This document shows positions 1 through 10,617 of a DNA stretch of 60,944 bases, in pieces (the stretch's first letter is position 1; the number at the start of each line of letters is the position of its first letter). The notes under the pieces are model-generated. The model was not told where the DNA came from and made no database searches. It saw only the letters and a list, made by a program, of their open reading frames with translations. A program made the translations under genes and the position numbers. The stretch lies in assembly GCA_041613315.1 (NCBI GenBank), contig JBFJHJ010000018.1, forward strand, positions 1 to 60,944, read 5' to 3'. This stretch comes from Gemmatimonadales bacterium. Its GTDB lineage: Bacteria; Gemmatimonadota; Gemmatimonadetes; Gemmatimonadales; GWC2-71-9.

Positions 1-184
1 CGGGCTCGCGCCGCCGGCCGGCCTGCCGGTGCATGTAGGTCATGGTGCCTGCCATGCCTCGCGCCAGCCACGCGGTCAGCCGGTCGGCATGGGGCGGGGG
101 CGTGAGGTCGGTGATCCCGGCGGCCGCGAAGCCGAGCTGCAGCGCGTGGTGCCGGATCAGGTACGAACGGCGTTCCGGCGTCAC
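1..184 (-). CDS. queG: epoxyqueuosine reductase QueG, N-terminal part (runs off window start)
   Basis: Manual translation from GTG at 184 gives MTPERRSYLIRHHALQLGFAAAGITDLTPPPHADRLTAWLARGMAGTMTYMHRQAGRRREP, matching the QueG N-terminal pattern (LGF..AGI..W...G.AG.M.YM). GTGA overlap with the upstream gene's stop. Confidence 0.75.
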   Translation of the reverse strand, partial: MTPERRSYLIRHHALQLGFAAAGITDLTPPPHADRLTAWLARGMAGTMTYMHRQAGRRREP

Positions 185-510
185 CGCAGGATCTCGCGCC
201 GCCACCGGGCGAAGCGCAACACGTCGTCGATCGGCGGGACCGCGTGCTCGTCGCCGTAGGCCGTGTGCATGCGCCAGCGTCGGTACTCGGCCGGCGGCAG
301 CGGCAGGAAGGGCGCCCGGCGGTACCACGCGCGCGCCCGGAACGCCCACACCAGGCTCACGAGGTCGAGCGCGACGCGCGGCCGTACGATCGCCCGGGCC
401 GTCAAGGCGAGCCCGAGCTTCCACCAACCACGCTGGCGCCCGGCCGGCGGCTGCCGATCGCCGGGGGTATCCTCGAGAGGCACGTCCCACTCCGCTGGAG
501 GCGGTGACAC
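181..510 (-). CDS. hypothetical protein
   Basis: 109-aa ORF with protein-like composition (PFLPLPPAEYRRWRMHTAYG). Its stop overlaps the queG start. Confidence 0.65.
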   Translation of the reverse strand: MSPPPAEWDVPLEDTPGDRQPPAGRQRGWWKLGLALTARAIVRPRVALDLVSLVWAFRARAWYRRAPFLPLPPAEYRRWRMHTAYGDEHAVPPIDDVLRFARWRREILR

Positions 511-578
511 GTCGACGCGTCGGTCGTCATGGCCGCACTGTCATGACCGCGCCGGCTCTTACTTGTATATTGGCGCCT

Positions 579-1730
579 ATGCCTCTCGCAAGCGCCGCGC
601 GCGCGCACCCCCTCGCGGGGTACCGCGCCGAGTTTCCCGTGTTCGAGCGCCAGGTCTATCTGAACACCTGTTCGCTTGGCGCCCTGTCGCGCCGATCGCG
701 GCAGCGAGTGGAGGCCTATCTGGGGACGTGGGACGCCCGGGGGGCGGCGGCCTGGTATGATGTGTGGTGGGAGGCGCTGGCGGAGCTGCGGCGGGGGTAC
801 GCCCATGTGATCGGCGCCCACGACCGCGAGATCGCGCTCCATCACAGCGTGTCGAGCGCCGCGGCGGTGGTGGCAGGCATCCTCGACCACGAGCGCCGGC
901 CGCGCGTGGTGACGACGGCGCTCGACTTCCCGACCGTCGCCTATCAGTGGCTCGCCAAACGCCGCCGGGGGGTGGAGCTGGTGGTGGTCGAGAGCCCCGA
1001 CGGCGTCTCCGTGCCGGTCGAGGCGATCGCCCGGGCCGTTGACGAACGCACGGCATTGGTGGCGACGTCCCACGTCTACTTCACGACCGGCGCGATCGCG
1101 GATATCGCGGCCATCGCCGATGTCGCGCATCGTCATGGCGCGCTGTGCTTCATCGACGCGTACCAGAGTGTTGGGCAGATGCCGGTCGACGTTCACGCGA
1201 CGGGCGTGGACTTTCTCTGCGCGGGCGGTCTCAAGTGGCTGTTGGGCGGACCCGGCATCGTCTTCCTGTACGCGCGTGATGAGCTCGTGCGCCGTCTCGA
1301 GCCGACGACCGCCGGGTGGTTCGCCAACGCCCGACAGTTCGAGTTCGATCCCCGAACCATCGCGTGGCATGACGATGCGCGTCGATTCGAGCTGGGGACC
1401 CCGGCGCTCGCGGCCGTCTATGCGCAGTTAGGCGGGCTCGAGCTGATTCGAGAGATCGGCATTCCGCGGATCCGCGACGTCGTGCGCGATCTGACGGAAG
1501 ACCTGGTAAGGCGGGCTTTCGACGCGGGCCTGCGCCCCAACGTGGCCCCGGATCCCGCGCGCCGCTCCGCGATCGTGATGGTGCCCCAGGCCGATCCCCA
1601 GCATACCGTGCGCCGCCTCACCGAGGCCGGCGTCGTGGCGGACGCGCGCCCCGGCCACGTGCGCCTCTCGCCTTTCTTCTACAACGTGATCGACGACCAT
1701 GCCGCGGCGATCGAAGTCCTCAGCGCCTGA
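579..1730 (+). CDS. class V PLP-dependent aminotransferase (kynureninase/cysteine desulfurase-like)
   Basis: YLNTCSLG, DFPT, IDAYQSVG, PLP lysine in GGLKWLLGGPG, RFELGTP, RLSPFFYN. Start placed at ATG 579. Confidence 0.85.
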   Translation: MPLASAARAHPLAGYRAEFPVFERQVYLNTCSLGALSRRSRQRVEAYLGTWDARGAAAWYDVWWEALAELRRGYAHVIGAHDREIALHHSVSSAAAVVAGILDHERRPRVVTTALDFPTVAYQWLAKRRRGVELVVVESPDGVSVPVEAIARAVDERTALVATSHVYFTTGAIADIAAIADVAHRHGALCFIDAYQSVGQMPVDVHATGVDFLCAGGLKWLLGGPGIVFLYARDELVRRLEPTTAGWFANARQFEFDPRTIAWHDDARRFELGTPALAAVYAQLGGLELIREIGIPRIRDVVRDLTEDLVRRAFDAGLRPNVAPDPARRSAIVMVPQADPQHTVRRLTEAGVVADARPGHVRLSPFFYNVIDDHAAAIEVLSA

Positions 1731-2484
1731 GCCCGACGACCGCCGGGAGCCGGTGCATCTGACGGCCGACGAGCAGCTACTCGAAGCGCCGCCGGACTAC
1801 GGGCGGCGCGAGTTTACCCACACGGACCCGTGGCGGGTGTTCCGCATCATGGGAGAGTTCGTGGGTGGGTTCGACGAGCTCGCGGACGTCCGGTCGGCAG
1901 TCACCATCTTCGGGTCGGCGCGCGCCCTCGCCGCCGATCCCATGTACGACCTTGCGCGCCGAACGGCGCATGCCTTGGGAACGGCAGGGTTCGCGGTCAT
2001 TACGGGTGCGGGTCCCGGCATCATGGAGGCGGCGAACCGCGGTGCGCGGGAGGCGGGGGCGCTCTCCGTCGGGCTCAACATCGAACTTCCGCACGAGCAG
2101 GGCACGAATCCGTATCTCGACCGAGTCGTTAACTTCCGGTTTTTCTTCGTCCGCAAGATGATGCTCGTGAAATATTCGTCGGCGTTCATCTTCTTTCCCG
2201 GCGGCTACGGGACGCTCGACGAACTGTTCGAGTCGCTCACGCTGATTCAGACGGGGAAGGTCCGAGACGCCCCGGTCATCCTGATGGGTCGGGACCATTG
2301 GGAGCCGATGGTCCGGTGGCTCCGAGATGTGCTGGCCGGCACCGACAAGATCACGCTCGACGACCTCGACTTTTTCCACCTCTGCGACGAACCCGAGGCC
2401 GTCGTGCGGCTCGTGACGCACGCTCGGGAACGACGGCGCGAGCGGCTCGCGCTTGGACAAGGGCGGCGGCGAAAGGCACGGTGA
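1699..2484 (+). CDS. LOG family protein (TIGR00730 Rossmann fold)
   Basis: [27 protein letters not shown] and [12 protein letters not shown] motifs. Confidence 0.92.
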   Translation: MPRRSKSSAPEPDDRREPVHLTADEQLLEAPPDYGRREFTHTDPWRVFRIMGEFVGGFDELADVRSAVTIFGSARALAADPMYDLARRTAHALGTAGFAVITGAGPGIMEAANRGAREAGALSVGLNIELPHEQGTNPYLDRVVNFRFFFVRKMMLVKYSSAFIFFPGGYGTLDELFESLTLIQTGKVRDAPVILMGRDHWEPMVRWLRDVLAGTDKITLDDLDFFHLCDEPEAVVRLVTHARERRRERLALGQGRRRKAR

Positions 2485-2485
2485 G

Positions 2486-3631
2486 ATGACCGATCACAAG
2501 GGACAGTACCTACGCGGCCGTCGCATCAGTCCAACGGCGATCACCGGCCGGGAGACCGTCGCGGAGTTGATCGACAACGCTTTTCTCGCCTACAACGCGG
2601 GACGACTGCGCGAAGCATGCCGCTTGTTTACGGAGAAAATGCTGACGGAGGACGCGACCGTCGGCATGAGCCTTACAGGGGCGATGACGCCTGCGGGACT
2701 CGGTATGTCCACCATCCTCCCCCTCATCGAGGCCGGGTTCGTGGACTGGATGGTGTCCACCGGCGCCAACCTGTATCACGACGCCCACTTCGGGCTGGGC
2801 ATGGCGATGCATCGGGGGACACCGTTCGCCGACGACGTGGAGCTTCGGGAGCAGGGCGTTGTCCGCATCTACGACATCTTCTTCGATTACGCCGTCCTGC
2901 TCAAGACGGACGAGTTCATTCGACAGGTCTCCCAAGGCGAGGAGTTTCAGCGGCCGATGAGTAGCGCCGAATATCACTACCGCCTGGGCCGGTATGTGGG
3001 GGAACGCGAGAAGGCGCTGGGACTGCGGCGGAAGTCGCTCCTCGCCGCAGCGCACGAGTGCGCCGTCCCGATTTACACCTCGTCTCCGGGCGACTCGTCC
3101 ATCGGGATGAACGTGGCGGAGCTCGCTTTGGAGGGCGGTAAGCTGCGGTTCGACGTCTCAGCGGACGTGAACGAAACGGCGGCGATCGTGCTGGACGCGA
3201 AGCGTGGGGGAGGGCGCAGCGGTGTGCTCATCGTGGGCGGCGGCAGCCCCAAGAATTTCGTGCTGCAGACCGAGCCACAGATTCAGGAAGTTCTCGGAAT
3301 CGACGAGCGGGGTCATGATTACTACCTCCAGATCACCGACGCCCGTACCGACACGGGCGGCCTGTCCGGCGCGACGCCCGGCGAAGCGGTAAGCTGGGGA
3401 AAGGTGGACCCGGACCAGCTGCCCGACGCCGTCGTGTGCTATCTCGACACCACCATCGGGCTACCGCTTCTCACGGCGTACGCACTGGCTACCCACGGTC
3501 CGCGGCGACAGAAGCGCCTCTATGAGCAGCGTGCGGAACTCCTCGACCGGTTGCGGAAGGCGTACCAGGAAGCACGCGAGTTCCGGGACGCCCGGGTGAA
3601 GGCGTCCGCCCTGCCGGGCGTAGGAGACTGA
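2486..3631 (+). CDS. deoxyhypusine synthase-like protein
   Basis: [39 protein letters not shown] (catalytic Lys present). Confidence 0.92.
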   Translation: MTDHKGQYLRGRRISPTAITGRETVAELIDNAFLAYNAGRLREACRLFTEKMLTEDATVGMSLTGAMTPAGLGMSTILPLIEAGFVDWMVSTGANLYHDAHFGLGMAMHRGTPFADDVELREQGVVRIYDIFFDYAVLLKTDEFIRQVSQGEEFQRPMSSAEYHYRLGRYVGEREKALGLRRKSLLAAAHECAVPIYTSSPGDSSIGMNVAELALEGGKLRFDVSADVNETAAIVLDAKRGGGRSGVLIVGGGSPKNFVLQTEPQIQEVLGIDERGHDYYLQITDARTDTGGLSGATPGEAVSWGKVDPDQLPDAVVCYLDTTIGLPLLTAYALATHGPRRQKRLYEQRAELLDRLRKAYQEAREFRDARVKASALPGVGD

Positions 3632-3638
3632 CGCCCAG

Positions 3639-5300
3639 TCAGCGCCTCCCCGCCAAGTCCGCGCGGAACGCCAGGCTTCGCTCGACAGCGTACCGGTAGG
3701 CGCTCAGCTCCGCGGCCTTCCGTCCCCCATCCCACCCCATCTCGCGCGCGGCGAGCTCCACGATGCCGGGCAGCGCGTCCAACGTGGCGGGACCCGCTTC
3801 ATAGAAGAGGTGGGTCCGCCGCACCAGCAGGTCGCTCAACGTGAGTGCCATTTCCCGGCGCATGGCGTACACGAGCTCGGCCATGATCGCCGGGTGGCCC
3901 GACGCGATGGGCTCCGCCAACGAGCGGTCCGCCTGAGATAGACGCAGCACCGCGGGTGTCTCCGTCCCGAAGGTGTAGACCAGGTGCTCCGCCAGCGCCC
4001 GGGGCGCGCCGTCCCGCTCAGCGGCCTCGACCAGCACCGTGAGGTCCCGCGCCTCGCCGCCCGGCAAGGGCTCGCGGTCGGTGGGAGCTCGAGGGGGAAT
4101 TGGTCGGCCCTCGAGCTCGTGGAGCCGGTGTGCCACTCGGTCCACGACCCCGGCGGCCATGCGGCGATACGTCGTGAGCTTGCCGCCCACGATCGAGATG
4201 AGGCCGGCGTCGTCCTCGACGATCCGGTGCTCACGGGAGATGGCGGAAGGGTCGTCGCCGTCTGCGAGTCTGAGCAGGGGTCGCAGGCCAGCCCACGTCG
4301 TGACGACGTCTTCCGGGCTGAGCCGCGCCTCGGGAAACAGCGCGTTGGCCGACCGGAGGAGGTAGATCACGTCGTCGGCATCGGCGCGGACCTCGTCCGG
4401 TGTCGCGTCCGTCTCGGTTTCAGTGGTGCCGACGTACGAGAGCTCGCCCCATGGAATGATGAACATCACCCGGCCGTCGATCGGCGAGGTGATGGTGAGC
4501 GCCTCGTGATTGCCGAGGCGGGAGCGGGGGACAGCAACGTGGGCCCCTTTGGTAATGTGGAGCAGCGGCTCGGTACCGCCGGGCCGCACGCCGTCGGACC
4601 AGGGGCCCGTCGCGTTGACGACGATCCGAGCCCGCAGGGCGAACGGCGCGTCGGTGACGAGGTCGGTCACCCTCGCGCCCCGGATCCGGCCGTCGGCGGT
4701 CTCGAACCGGTCCACGCGCACGTAGTTCGCCACGAGCGCGCCGTGTCGGTGGGCATCGCGTACGTTGGCGAGCGTCAGGCGGGCGTCGTCGCACTGGGCG
4801 TCGAAGAACCGCGCGCCGCCCTTGAGCCCGCGAGAGCGTAGTCCCGGTTCGGCCCGCAGGATTTGGCGCTTGCCCAGCATCTTGTGGCGGCGCACATTGC
4901 GAAACAGCGCCAGGAGGTCGTACAGCCACAGGCCCGCCGCGAGCTTCCATTTGGGCACGCGGCCACCCTCGTGGACGGGAAACAGAAAGGACCGGGGCCA
5001 GACCAGGTGCGGAGCGATGGCGAGCAACACCGACCGTTCCCGACTGGCCTCGAACACGAGCCGCCAATGCCGGTGTTCCAGATAGCGCAAGCCGCCATGC
5101 ACGAGGCGCGACGAATGCGAACTCGTGCCCGACCCGAAATCGCTCTTGTCCACGAGGACAGTCCTGAAACCGCGCAGCGCGGCGTCCCGGGCGATCCCGG
5201 CGCCGGTGACGCCGGCCCCGACGATGAGCACATCGGCCGTCTCGGCAGCCATGGCCTCCAGGACCTGCGCTCGCGTCTCGTGCGAAAAGGGAGCGTCCAT
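3639..5300 (-). CDS. glpD: FAD-dependent glycerol-3-phosphate dehydrogenase/oxidase
   Basis: GAGVTGAG, GTSSHSSRLVHGGLRYL, DDARL, VNATGPW, GGKLTTYR. Confidence 0.93.
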   Translation of the reverse strand: MDAPFSHETRAQVLEAMAAETADVLIVGAGVTGAGIARDAALRGFRTVLVDKSDFGSGTSSHSSRLVHGGLRYLEHRHWRLVFEASRERSVLLAIAPHLVWPRSFLFPVHEGGRVPKWKLAAGLWLYDLLALFRNVRRHKMLGKRQILRAEPGLRSRGLKGGARFFDAQCDDARLTLANVRDAHRHGALVANYVRVDRFETADGRIRGARVTDLVTDAPFALRARIVVNATGPWSDGVRPGGTEPLLHITKGAHVAVPRSRLGNHEALTITSPIDGRVMFIIPWGELSYVGTTETETDATPDEVRADADDVIYLLRSANALFPEARLSPEDVVTTWAGLRPLLRLADGDDPSAISREHRIVEDDAGLISIVGGKLTTYRRMAAGVVDRVAHRLHELEGRPIPPRAPTDREPLPGGEARDLTVLVEAAERDGAPRALAEHLVYTFGTETPAVLRLSQADRSLAEPIASGHPAIMAELVYAMRREMALTLSDLLVRRTHLFYEAGPATLDALPGIVELAAREMGWDGGRKAAELSAYRYAVERSLAFRADLAGRR

Positions 5301-5305
5301 TTCGT

Positions 5306-5848
5306 GTGTCGTCAATAAGAGGTCCGGCGCCGCCGAGCACCTGGTTTGTGTGGCACGCGGACCTGATCCGTCCGGGGATGCGTGTGCTCGACTTGGCGTG
5401 TGGCGATGGCCGTCACGCTGTGGCGGCCGCCCGGCGAGGTGCGAGCGTCACCGCGCTCGACGCCGATGTGGAGCGATTGTCCCGGGGCCGTGCGGCCGCG
5501 GATCTGGCCGGTGTCACCGTGGACTGGCGCGAGACGGACCTCCGGGGCGCGGCGCTCCCCACTCGCACGTACGACTTGGTAATGCTGTTCAACTATCTGG
5601 ACCGCGACCGGATCGCGCGGTTCCTCGAGGCCGTCGCCCCCGGCGGCTATTTCCTTGGCGAGACGTTCCTCGAGCAGCAGCGAGCTCAAGGGTGGGGACC
5701 GACGTCCGATGCGCACCTCGTCAAGCCGGGCGAGCTGTGGTCGCTCACCTCGGCGCTGGAGATCGTGCTGGCGCGCGAGGTCCTGGAAGCTCTTGACGGG
5801 CGCTCCCGCGCGGTGGCAAGCGTGTTGGCGTTCCGACGTCCGGAATGA
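5306..5848 (+). CDS. class I SAM-dependent methyltransferase (TehB-like)
   Basis: RVLDLACGDGRH motif I, YDLVMLFNYLDR, PGG. Start could be GTG 5306 or ATG 5378. Confidence 0.85.
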   Translation: MSSIRGPAPPSTWFVWHADLIRPGMRVLDLACGDGRHAVAAARRGASVTALDADVERLSRGRAAADLAGVTVDWRETDLRGAALPTRTYDLVMLFNYLDRDRIARFLEAVAPGGYFLGETFLEQQRAQGWGPTSDAHLVKPGELWSLTSALEIVLAREVLEALDGRSRAVASVLAFRRPE

Positions 5849-5919
5849 TGGTACCGACTGCCGCGCCGCCACAAGTGCCGCGCTAGCCGCGGTTCTCACG
5901 ACTCGCTAGCTTTCGCACC

Positions 5920-7215
5920 ATGTCGCCGACGGGAAACGGACGACGGGTCGCGGTCGTCGCGGGCTGCCGCACCCCCTTCTGCAGGTCAGGTACGGCGCTG
6001 AGGGACATCTCCGCCGTAGACCTGGCGCGCCACGCCGTCGTGGAGCTGGTGCAGCGTGCCAATCTCGACGGGCAGACGGTCGACGAGATGTACTTCGGGC
6101 AGGTTGTGCCCAGCCTACTGGCGCCGAATGTGGCACGCGAAGTGAGCCTCCTCCCGCAGTTCCCCGCGAGTATTCCGGCGGCGTCGGTCAACCGGGCTTG
6201 CGCCTCGGCGAACGCAGCGATTGCGATGGGGCACGACCAGATCGCCCTTGGGCACGCCGATGTCGTCGTCGCCGGTGGTGTCGAGAGCCTATCCGATATC
6301 CCCATCCTCCATTCCCGGCGCTTCTCAGACCTGCTGGTGGGTCTGAGCAAAGCGAAAACGGCCGGTGAGCGGCTCAAGCTCCTGTCGGGGTTTCGGCCCA
6401 AGGATCTGATTCCCGTGTCGCCGGCGATCGCGGAACCGTCGACCGGCGAAACGATGGGACAGTCAGCCGAGAAGATGGCGAAGCTCAACGGGATCACCCG
6501 CGAGTCGCAAGACGAATTCGCGCTCCGCAGCCATCAGTTGGCGCACGCCGGGAGCGAAGACGAGCGGCTCACGGCGGAGATCGCGCCGATCTTCCCCCCC
6601 GCGGGCGATGGTGCGATCACGCGGGACAATGGGATCCGGCCCGATACCAGCCTCGAGCAGATGGCGAAGCTCAAGCCCGTGTTCGACAGGCGCTATGGTA
6701 CCGTGACGGCCGCGAACGCCTCCCCGCTGACCGACGGCGCGGCCGCGGTCCTGCTGATGAGCGAGGAGGCAGCGCGCAGCCACGGCTACGAGCCTCTCGT
6801 GTTTATTCGGTCGTACGGGGTGGCGGCGCTCGATCCGGGCGAGCAGCTCCTGATGGGTCCGGCGTACGCCGTGCCCGAGGCGCTGGATCGCGCCGGCATC
6901 CCGTGGTCGGAGTTGGGGCTCGTGGAGATGCACGAAGCCTTCGCGGCCCAGGTGCTCTCCAACATCCAGGCCTTCGAGTCGAAGGAGTGGGCACGAGAGA
7001 AACTCGGTCGCGCCGAGCCGATCGGGCGGATCGACTGGGACACGCTCAACGTCATGGGAGGCTCGATCGCCATCGGCCACCCCTTCGGCGCGACGGGCGC
7101 GCGGATCACCACGACGCTGGCGAACGAGATGCGCCGGCGGGACGTGCAGTTCGGGCTGATCTCGGTGTGCGCACAGGGCGGCATGGGCTTCGCGATGGTC
7201 CTGGAGCGTCGTTGA
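5920..7215 (+). CDS. fadI: acetyl-CoA C-acyltransferase (3-ketoacyl-CoA thiolase)
   Basis: RTPF, NRACAS, HEAFAAQ, GGSIAIGHPFGATG, CAQGG. Adjacent to fadJ. Confidence 0.92.
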   Translation: MSPTGNGRRVAVVAGCRTPFCRSGTALRDISAVDLARHAVVELVQRANLDGQTVDEMYFGQVVPSLLAPNVAREVSLLPQFPASIPAASVNRACASANAAIAMGHDQIALGHADVVVAGGVESLSDIPILHSRRFSDLLVGLSKAKTAGERLKLLSGFRPKDLIPVSPAIAEPSTGETMGQSAEKMAKLNGITRESQDEFALRSHQLAHAGSEDERLTAEIAPIFPPAGDGAITRDNGIRPDTSLEQMAKLKPVFDRRYGTVTAANASPLTDGAAAVLLMSEEAARSHGYEPLVFIRSYGVAALDPGEQLLMGPAYAVPEALDRAGIPWSELGLVEMHEAFAAQVLSNIQAFESKEWAREKLGRAEPIGRIDWDTLNVMGGSIAIGHPFGATGARITTTLANEMRRRDVQFGLISVCAQGGMGFAMVLERR

Positions 7216-7217
7216 CG

Positions 7218-9350
7218 GTGGGCGCGTTCACTCAACGTCGACAGGACGGCATCCTCCGACTCGAGTTCAATCTTCCCTCGGAACCGATCAACAAGATCAC
7301 CCGGGGCGTCCGGGAGGAGTTGGACCACCTGTTGGACGGGCTGGCCACGGACTCCGACGTCCGGGCCATCGTGCTCATTTCTACGAAGCCCGGCTCCTTT
7401 ATCGCGGGGGCCGACATCGATGAGTTCGTGGCCCTGGGGTCGCGGGACGAGGCGTGGGCACTCGTTCGGACCGGGCAGGACCTGATCAACAAGTTCGAAC
7501 GGCTGGGCAAGCCGGTGGTGGCCGCGATTGCCGGCGCCTGCCTGGGCGGGGGGTTGGAGGCTGCTCTCGCCTGCACCTATCGAATCGCGACCGACCACCC
7601 GAAGACCCGCATCGGGCTGCCGGAAGTGCAATTGGGTATCATCCCCGCGGCCGGGGGGTGCCAACGTCTGCCGCGGCTCATTGGGATACGTGAGGCGTTG
7701 GACATCATTCTGGCGGGCAAACAGCTGCCGGCGTCGCGCGCGTTTCGCAAAGGGATCGTGGATGAGCTGGTCCACCCCGCGATCCTGGACCAGGTGGCGG
7801 AGCAGGCGGCGCGGCGGCTCGCCCAGGGCTGGCGGCCCGACCGCGGCCGCAGCGGGATGGTGGAACTCGCGCTGGAGAAGAATCCATTGGGGCGCCGGGT
7901 CGTGTTCACGACGGCGCGCAAGACCGTGTTGAAGCGGACCGGCGGGCACTACCCCGCGCCTCTCGCAGCGCTCAAAGCGGTGCGACACGGTCTCGAGCAT
8001 GGCATCGAAGCGGGGCTCGACATCGAGGCCACCCTCTTCGCCGAGCTGGCCGTGGGCGAGGTGTCGCGCGAGTTGGTACGCATCTTCTTTGCCACGACGG
8101 CCCTCAAGAAAGACGCCGGCGTCGAGGGGCCCACGACGCCCGCGCCGAAGCCGGTCAAGAATCTGGGGATGGTCGGGGCCGGCTTCATGGGAGCCGCGAT
8201 CGGAGGCGTGGCGGTCCTGCAGGCCGGCAGCGACGTCCGGTTCCAGGACATCACCCTCGACGCCGTGGGAAAGGGGCTCGGGGAGGCGCGCCGGATCCTC
8301 AAAGAACGCCGCGACCGTAAACGCATCACGAGGCACGAGTACCGCCGGCTCGAGCGGCTGCTCTCAGGGGCGGTGGATTGGACCGGCTTCGGCCGGGCCG
8401 ATCTCGTGATCGAGGCCGTGGTCGAGGATCTCGACGTCAAGCACAAAGTCTTCCGAGAGCTCGAGCGGCGTGTGCGCGACGACTGCGTGCTCGCGTCGAA
8501 CACGAGCACGATTCCCATTCGGCGGATTGCAGAGGCGACGGCGTGTCCGGAGCGGGTGGTGGGGATGCACTTCTTCTCGCCGGTGGAGAAGATGCCGTTG
8601 CTCGAGGTGATCGTGTCCGACCGGACCGCGCCGTGGGTGACGGTGACCGCGGTGGCCTATGGGCGGGCGATGGGCAAGACGCCGATCGTCGTGCAGGACC
8701 GGACCGGATTCTGGGTCAATCGCATCCTCGGTCCGTACATGAACGAGGCGGGACGGCTCTTGGCGGAGGGTGTTGACATCGAGACGATCGATGGCGCGAT
8801 GACCCGGTTCGGCTTCCCGGTCGGACCGATCCTGCTGCTCGACGAAGTGGGGCTCGACGTGGCCCAGAGGGTGTCGAAGGTGATGTTCGAGGCCTACGGC
8901 GAGCGCATGCATCCGACGGGGGGCATCGAGCGGCTCATCGAGGACGGCCGTCTCGGCCGCAAGAACGGCCGCGGGTTCTATCGGTACGAGCAGGGGAAGC
9001 GGCGCGGGGTGGACGAGACGTCCTATGAGACGATCGGGGCGGTGCCCGGCTCCCGCGTGCCGCGGGAAGACGTCGGCAAGCGGCTGATCTATGCACTCGT
9101 CAACGAGGCCGCTCTGGCGCTCGATGAGGGCGTGGTACGCTCCCCGCGGGACGGAGACATCGGGGCGGTGTTCGGGTTCGGGTTCCCGCCGTTCCGCGGC
9201 GGTCCGCTGCGCTATCTGGACGCGGTAGGCCCGGGCGCGGCCGTTGAGGCCCTCGAGGAACTGGCCGCCAAGTATGGCGACCGGTTCGCCCCCGCCCCCC
9301 AGCTGGCCCGAATGGCGGCGAGCGGCGAGCGGTTCCATCCGTCGGCCTGA
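7218..9350 (+). CDS. fadJ: fatty acid oxidation complex alpha subunit (enoyl-CoA hydratase / 3-hydroxyacyl-CoA dehydrogenase)
   Basis: FIAGADI, CLGGGLE, GLPEVQLG, GAGFMG, ASNTSTIPI, GMHFFSPV, GFPPFRGGP. Confidence 0.93.
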   Translation: MGAFTQRRQDGILRLEFNLPSEPINKITRGVREELDHLLDGLATDSDVRAIVLISTKPGSFIAGADIDEFVALGSRDEAWALVRTGQDLINKFERLGKPVVAAIAGACLGGGLEAALACTYRIATDHPKTRIGLPEVQLGIIPAAGGCQRLPRLIGIREALDIILAGKQLPASRAFRKGIVDELVHPAILDQVAEQAARRLAQGWRPDRGRSGMVELALEKNPLGRRVVFTTARKTVLKRTGGHYPAPLAALKAVRHGLEHGIEAGLDIEATLFAELAVGEVSRELVRIFFATTALKKDAGVEGPTTPAPKPVKNLGMVGAGFMGAAIGGVAVLQAGSDVRFQDITLDAVGKGLGEARRILKERRDRKRITRHEYRRLERLLSGAVDWTGFGRADLVIEAVVEDLDVKHKVFRELERRVRDDCVLASNTSTIPIRRIAEATACPERVVGMHFFSPVEKMPLLEVIVSDRTAPWVTVTAVAYGRAMGKTPIVVQDRTGFWVNRILGPYMNEAGRLLAEGVDIETIDGAMTRFGFPVGPILLLDEVGLDVAQRVSKVMFEAYGERMHPTGGIERLIEDGRLGRKNGRGFYRYEQGKRRGVDETSYETIGAVPGSRVPREDVGKRLIYALVNEAALALDEGVVRSPRDGDIGAVFGFGFPPFRGGPLRYLDAVGPGAAVEALEELAAKYGDRFAPAPQLARMAASGERFHPSA

Positions 9351-9364
9351 TCCTTCTTTCCTCC

Positions 9365-10291
9365 ATGCTGCGCCGCACCTTCCTCTGGCTCAGCGAGCGA
9401 CGGGGTGTCTTCGAATTCATCAAACGCAACGGCTTCGCGCGGCGGATCGCTGGACGATTCGTGGCCGGTGAGACGCTTGAGACCGCGATTGAAGCGAGCC
9501 GGATGCTCAACGGGGACGGGACGAGGGTGAGCCTCGACCTCTTGGGGGAGAGCGTCACCAAGGCGGAGGAGACACACGGAGCGCGGCGGGAGGTGATCGA
9601 GACCCTGGAGGGGATTGCCCGCTCGGGGGTGGACGGCAATATCTCCCTCAAGCTCACGCAACTCGGACTCGATATCTCGACGGAGCTGTGCACGGAACAC
9701 ATGCGGGTGGTGTTGCGGCGGGCCCTGGAGCTCGGGATCTTCGTCCGCATGGACATGGAGAGCTCCGACTACACTCAGCGCACGCTCGACCTGTTCCTCG
9801 ACGTGCTCCAGCCCGAGTTCGCCGACCAGACCGGCGTTGTCATCCAGAGCTATCTTCGCCGCTCGGCGCAAGACGTCGAGAAGCTCATCGCTCGCGGCGC
9901 CCGCGTCCGGCTGTGCAAGGGGGCGTATGCCGAGCCGGAGTCGGTGGCGTTCCAGAGCAGACGTGAGGTGGCCGCGTCCTTCGTAGCGCTCATGGAGCGA
10001 TTGCTCGAACGGGGGAACTATCCGGGGATCGCGACCCACGACGAACGGCTGATCAATCATGCCGTCAAGTTTGTCGTCGAACGAGGGATCCCGGCCGAAC
10101 GGTTCGAGTTTCAGATGCTCTACGGGGTGCGGCGTGACCTCCAGCAGGCGCTGCGCCGCGGCGGCTACAACCTGCGGGTGTACATCCCGTTCGGTACTGC
10201 GTGGTATCCGTACCTCATGCGCCGGCTGGCCGAGCGACCCACCAACATCGCGTCGATGACGGTCAGCGTGATCAAGGAGGCGCTATCGTAG
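9365..10291 (+). CDS. monofunctional proline dehydrogenase
   Basis: RFVAGE, SLKLTQLG, DMES, RLCKGAY, ATHD, EFQMLYG, YLMRRLAERP. Confidence 0.93.
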   Translation: MLRRTFLWLSERRGVFEFIKRNGFARRIAGRFVAGETLETAIEASRMLNGDGTRVSLDLLGESVTKAEETHGARREVIETLEGIARSGVDGNISLKLTQLGLDISTELCTEHMRVVLRRALELGIFVRMDMESSDYTQRTLDLFLDVLQPEFADQTGVVIQSYLRRSAQDVEKLIARGARVRLCKGAYAEPESVAFQSRREVAASFVALMERLLERGNYPGIATHDERLINHAVKFVVERGIPAERFEFQMLYGVRRDLQQALRRGGYNLRVYIPFGTAWYPYLMRRLAERPTNIASMTVSVIKEALS

Positions 10292-10293
10292 CG

Positions 10294-10617
10294 GTGCCCG
10301 ACGACTCGACGCTCGGCGGCTACCTGGACGTCCACGAGAGGCCGCCCGCGTTCCAGGGCCCGGACGGCGCGGCATACTCCGCGGCGATCTACGTCGACGA
10401 CACGCCGGACGACCAGGGCCGCTATGGCGCGTCGATCCTCTTCGTCCGCTGGTCCGAACAGGGGGAGCGTCCCATCGGACACGCGGAGACGCCCTATCTC
10501 AGCTTCGGCGCGACGGCGGACGAAGCGGCGACGCGGATCCGCGCCCTCACCCTTCACGAGGTCAAAGCTCAGCTGGACCGCGCCGTCACCGCCCGAAAGG
10601 AGCGTCCCGACTGGTAG
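10294..10617 (+). CDS. hypothetical protein
   Basis: ORF tightly packed between neighbours from GTG 10294 (VPDDSTLGGYLDVHERPPAF...RPDW), with plausible codon use. Confidence 0.7.
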   Translation: MPDDSTLGGYLDVHERPPAFQGPDGAAYSAAIYVDDTPDDQGRYGASILFVRWSEQGERPIGHAETPYLSFGATADEAATRIRALTLHEVKAQLDRAVTARKERPDW

